This document shows positions 60,567 to 64,000 of a stretch of DNA of 64,000 bases, piece after piece. The DNA comes from Thermodesulfobacteriota bacterium (GTDB lineage Bacteria; Desulfobacterota_D; UBA1144; Nemesobacterales; Mycalebacteriaceae), in the NCBI GenBank assembly GCA_965205855.1, contig OZ242184.1, positions 640,001 through 704,000 of the forward strand. Direction: 5' to 3'. How positions within the stretch are numbered: the stretch's first letter is position 1; each line of letters begins with the position of its first letter. The notes under the pieces were generated by a model. The model was not told the DNA's origin. It made no database searches and was given only the letters and a program-made list of their open reading frames with translations. The position numbers were made by a program, and so were the translations under genes.

Positions 60567-62711
60567 TCAGGGGGAGAACGTGTTTTTTTCCTTGACTTCC
60601 TTGTACGCCTTGCGGAAATGAGACGCCGTTATTCTGAAAGCGCTTTTTCTGTTCTTTATCTGCTCGTTGAGGGCAAAAATGGACGCTTTTTGACAGACAA
60701 GTTTTATGTCCGCTCCCGACATTCCTTTCATCTTTGCCGCCAGAGTTTTAAGGTTCAGATTCTTTGCGACAGGTTTCTCGCCGTTGTGAATACCGAGGAT
60801 TTCCTCAATGCCCGAAGAGTCCGGAAGCGGTATGTCAAGAACCAGATCAAACCTTCCCGACCTCATTAGCGCAGGGTCCACAATGTCTCTACGGTTTGTC
60901 GCGGCAAGCACCTGAACGTCGGATAATTCCTCTATGCCGTCCATCTCGGCAAGCATCTGGCTTACGACTTGTTCCGACACTCTGTTGCCATCGGAATCCC
61001 TTCTTGCCGGCGCGAGTGCGTCTATTTCATCAAAGAAAATTATCGCCGGAGCCACCTGTCTTGCCTTTGAAAAAACATTTCTTATCGCCCGCTCGGATTC
61101 GCCGACATATTTTGAAAGAAGCTCTGCCCCTTTGACCGATATAAAGTTGACCCCGCATTCGTTTGCAAGGGCTCTGGCAATAAGGGTTTTTCCGGTTCCC
61201 GGAGTTCCGCATAACATTATGCCTTTTGGCGGGCTCACCTCTGCCGCTTTGAAAAGCTCCTTGTGTTTTAAAGGCATAATCACCGATTCGTAAAGGGTGT
61301 TTTTAATCTCTTTCAACCCGCCTATGCTCTCAAGCCCCGCTTCGGGTATGTCAACTGATATTTCTCTAATTGCGGAAGGCTCCACCTCTTTCAGGGCGGT
61401 GGTAAAGTTCTCCATTGAAACGACAACCGCGCTGTTATCTTTCTTCGCTTTCCGCGCGGTGGTGGTTGCGGCATCGTCATACTCCTGCGCGCCGCTGTCA
61501 AGCAGGCCGCTGAGTGCTTTGAGAGCGGATTCCTTGCACAACATCTCAAGGTCGGCTCCCGTGAAGCCACTTGTCATTTCCGCGATACGTTGAAAGTCAA
61601 CATCCTTTGCAAGCGGCATATCTTTACAGTGAATTTTGAGAATTTCGGCTCTGGAAAGAGTGTCGGGAACATCAAGCGTTATCTCTCTGTCAAATCTTCC
61701 CGCCCGCCGGAGCGCGGGGTCTATTGAGTCCGGAAGGTTGGTCGCACCTATGACAGTCACATTCCCTTTTTTCTTCAGTCCGTCCATCATTGTGAGCAAC
61801 TGGGCGACCACTCTTTTTTCCACCTCGCCGGAGACTTTGTCTCTGCGCGGGGCTATGGCGTCCAACTCATCAAGGAATATGATGGATGGCTGTTTTTCTT
61901 CGGCGAGTTCAAAGATTTCCCTTATTCGCGCTTCGCTTTCCCCGTAATGTTTGTTGATTACTTCGGGACCGTTCACAATCTGGAAATTAACTTTTGCCTC
62001 ATAAATCGCAGACTTGGCAAGCATGGTTTTGCCGCTTCCGGGAGGCCCGATGAGGAGAATTCCCCTTGGTGGTTCTATTCCCAGATTGGCAAAAACTTCG
62101 GGAAAACGGATTGGAATCTCAACTATTTCGCGGATTTTGCTTATCTGCTTTTTCAGTCCGCCGATTTGCCCGTAGCCGACTCTGCCGTCCGGTTGGCTGT
62201 CTGCATTTTTCAGAACCCGTGCGATATTTATTCCGGTTGTTTTTTCAACAAAAACCGGTTTGGGGGAGGTTGGCACTGTGCTTATCACATAGATTTCCTC
62301 AGGGTTTTTGCCGTTTTTTCCCATGCCGACTTTGTCTCCGACCGTCAGGGGAAGTCCCAAGAGGATTGAATGAATGGCTTTTTTGCCGCCTCTTTCGTAG
62401 AGAACGGTTTTGTCCGATACGGCAACGGTAATCTGCTTTGCGGCTTTAAGGGATGATTTTCTGATTATTACAAAGTCGTTTATTCCCGACCGCGCGTTGT
62501 GGCGCGTGAACGAATCAATCTCAACGATGCCTTCATTTGAGCCGCCTTCCTCCTCAAGAGGCACGGCTCTTGCTGCGGTCTTTCTTTTTCCACCAATCTC
62601 TATGGCGTCAAAAGGTTCAACGCCCAACTCATGCATATTGTTGCGGCTGAGTCTGGCAAACCCTTTGCCGTGGTCTTCGCAATCTATTTCTGAAATTTTC
62701 AGTGAAATCAT
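60567..62711 (-). CDS. CDC48/VCP-family AAA+ ATPase
   Basis: CDC48-type N domain; two AAA modules (IGGL..REIVEIP, GPPGSGKT, KRVVAQLLT.MDG, ALRRAGRFDREI; GTPGTGKT, RVSEQVVSQML.EMDG). Confidence 0.92.
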   Translation of the reverse strand: MISLKISEIDCEDHGKGFARLSRNNMHELGVEPFDAIEIGGKRKTAARAVPLEEEGGSNEGIVEIDSFTRHNARSGINDFVIIRKSSLKAAKQITVAVSDKTVLYERGGKKAIHSILLGLPLTVGDKVGMGKNGKNPEEIYVISTVPTSPKPVFVEKTTGINIARVLKNADSQPDGRVGYGQIGGLKKQISKIREIVEIPIRFPEVFANLGIEPPRGILLIGPPGSGKTMLAKSAIYEAKVNFQIVNGPEVINKHYGESEARIREIFELAEEKQPSIIFLDELDAIAPRRDKVSGEVEKRVVAQLLTMMDGLKKKGNVTVIGATNLPDSIDPALRRAGRFDREITLDVPDTLSRAEILKIHCKDMPLAKDVDFQRIAEMTSGFTGADLEMLCKESALKALSGLLDSGAQEYDDAATTTARKAKKDNSAVVVSMENFTTALKEVEPSAIREISVDIPEAGLESIGGLKEIKNTLYESVIMPLKHKELFKAAEVSPPKGIMLCGTPGTGKTLIARALANECGVNFISVKGAELLSKYVGESERAIRNVFSKARQVAPAIIFFDEIDALAPARRDSDGNRVSEQVVSQMLAEMDGIEELSDVQVLAATNRRDIVDPALMRSGRFDLVLDIPLPDSSGIEEILGIHNGEKPVAKNLNLKTLAAKMKGMSGADIKLVCQKASIFALNEQIKNRKSAFRITASHFRKAYKEVKEKNTFSP

Positions 62712-62820
62712 CTTTCCGAAAAGGATACATCATCACAAACGTAAAGTGTGAAACTCGCAAGTTGTTGAGCGCGCGAAAGATGTGTTGATTTTTCGCCTTT
62801 ATCACTTCACACTTCTAACC

Positions 62821-63927
62821 TTGATAATCAAATCCGTATCTCTTCGCAACATCAGGTCTTACGCCTCCGAAACCCTGACTTTTCATCCCGCTTTCAACCT
62901 TATATGCGGGGAAAACGGACAGGGGAAAACAAACCTTCTTGAGGCCGCCTATATGCTTTGCAGGTTCAAGCCTCTGAGAGGGTCTTCTTCGTCGGAGATT
63001 GTGCGTTTCGGAGAACAGTCCGCATTGCTCAAGGGAGTAATTGAAAAGTATTCTCCGGCTTCGGTAACAGAGGTAAGTATTTCTTTTTCGCGCACATCGG
63101 GCGGCAAAAGGGTTGAAGTTAACGGCAAAATGCCCGCGAATTTGTCAAAAAAAGCGCTTGATTTTGAGGTTGTTCACTTCACTCCGTCTGAAGTGGATAT
63201 TGTCAAGGGAACACCGTCTTTGAGGAGGCGGTACTTTGATTCAATAATATGTGGGCTTGTCCCGTCCCACTTTCAGGACATTGTGGATTTTCAACGGGTT
63301 CTTAAACAACGCAATTCCCTTCTTGCCTCCGGCCGTACTACGGCATCGGGAATTGAGTTGTGGAACGGACAAATGGCTGAAACAGGTGGGAGAATTGTTC
63401 AAAAGCGCGTTCGCCTTGTTGAAAGGATAAACCGTGAAATGAAGTCTATATACAGGCATATAAGCGGCACAAACGTAAACGTTTCAGCGGCTTACGAGCC
63501 GTCTTTTGAAGTTTCCGGTGCGGATAGTAGCTCCGATATGTCCGATTCCATCGGAAAAGCCCTTCAAAATGCCTTTTTGCACGATAAAAAGACAAGACAC
63601 ACATCAATAGGTCCCCACAGAGACAGAATCTCGCTTCAGATAGACGGAAAAGACAGTTCCCTGTTCGCATCTCAGGGAGAAGCAAGAAGTATCGTTTTAG
63701 CCCTTAAGGTAGCCGAAATCGGTCTTTGCAGAGCGATTAAGAAGGAAAGTCCCATATTCCTGCTTGATGACATATCAAGCGAACTTGATGCGAGAAGAAG
63801 AAAATTTCTTTTTGATATGCTTCTGGACTATTCTGGACAGGTCTTTGTAACTTCCACATCCACCTCCGATATTCTCTATCGGGGAAAACGGAAAGTTTTT
63901 GATATCAAAGCCGGAAGAGTGGCGTAG
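62821..63927 (+). CDS. recF: DNA replication and repair protein RecF
   Basis: NIRSY, GENGQGKTNLLEA, RRRYFD, GPHRD, SQGE, LLDDISSELD; TTG start at 62821 inferred. Confidence 0.96.
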   Translation: MIIKSVSLRNIRSYASETLTFHPAFNLICGENGQGKTNLLEAAYMLCRFKPLRGSSSSEIVRFGEQSALLKGVIEKYSPASVTEVSISFSRTSGGKRVEVNGKMPANLSKKALDFEVVHFTPSEVDIVKGTPSLRRRYFDSIICGLVPSHFQDIVDFQRVLKQRNSLLASGRTTASGIELWNGQMAETGGRIVQKRVRLVERINREMKSIYRHISGTNVNVSAAYEPSFEVSGADSSSDMSDSIGKALQNAFLHDKKTRHTSIGPHRDRISLQIDGKDSSLFASQGEARSIVLALKVAEIGLCRAIKKESPIFLLDDISSELDARRRKFLFDMLLDYSGQVFVTSTSTSDILYRGKRKVFDIKAGRVA

Positions 63928-64000
63928 GGTACGTTCTGGCTGATGAAAATTTCTCCAAAACTACGATTGATAAATTATAAGTTAACATAATATAACTTAC

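Overview
A bacterial chromosomal segment of roughly 50% GC, mostly housekeeping genes. It opens with a 23S rRNA gene that has its own promoter and no adjacent 16S or 5S. It also holds three tRNAs, the SRP RNA and core genes (dprA, rmuC, recQ, glnA, rnc, hom, clpB, recR/ybaB/dnaX, gatCAB, carA, gshB, ddl, lysA, hemDE-hemH-hemY, obgE, recF). Accessory features suggest a host-associated diderm; the gene content is compatible with a Desulfobacterota/Dadabacteria-like animal symbiont, but this is inference and was not verified. The main accessory items are: (i) an acetyl-CoA thiolase fused to a 71-aa tail with four HMGA-like AT-hook motifs; (ii) a surface-protein island (about 12.4-16.2 kb) with TraT, two small lipoproteins, a frameshifted VMO-I domain gene and a VapBC pair, built from duplicated junction and signal-peptide modules; (iii) two closely related ankyrin-repeat genes with different N-termini, one translationally coupled to a J-domain-like protein; (iv) a three-hairpin candidate sRNA; and (v) a Lig E-type ligase and a CDC48-type ATPase. 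No CRISPR array, integrase, transposase or reverse transcriptase was seen. All calls come from reading motifs by eye; no searches were run.
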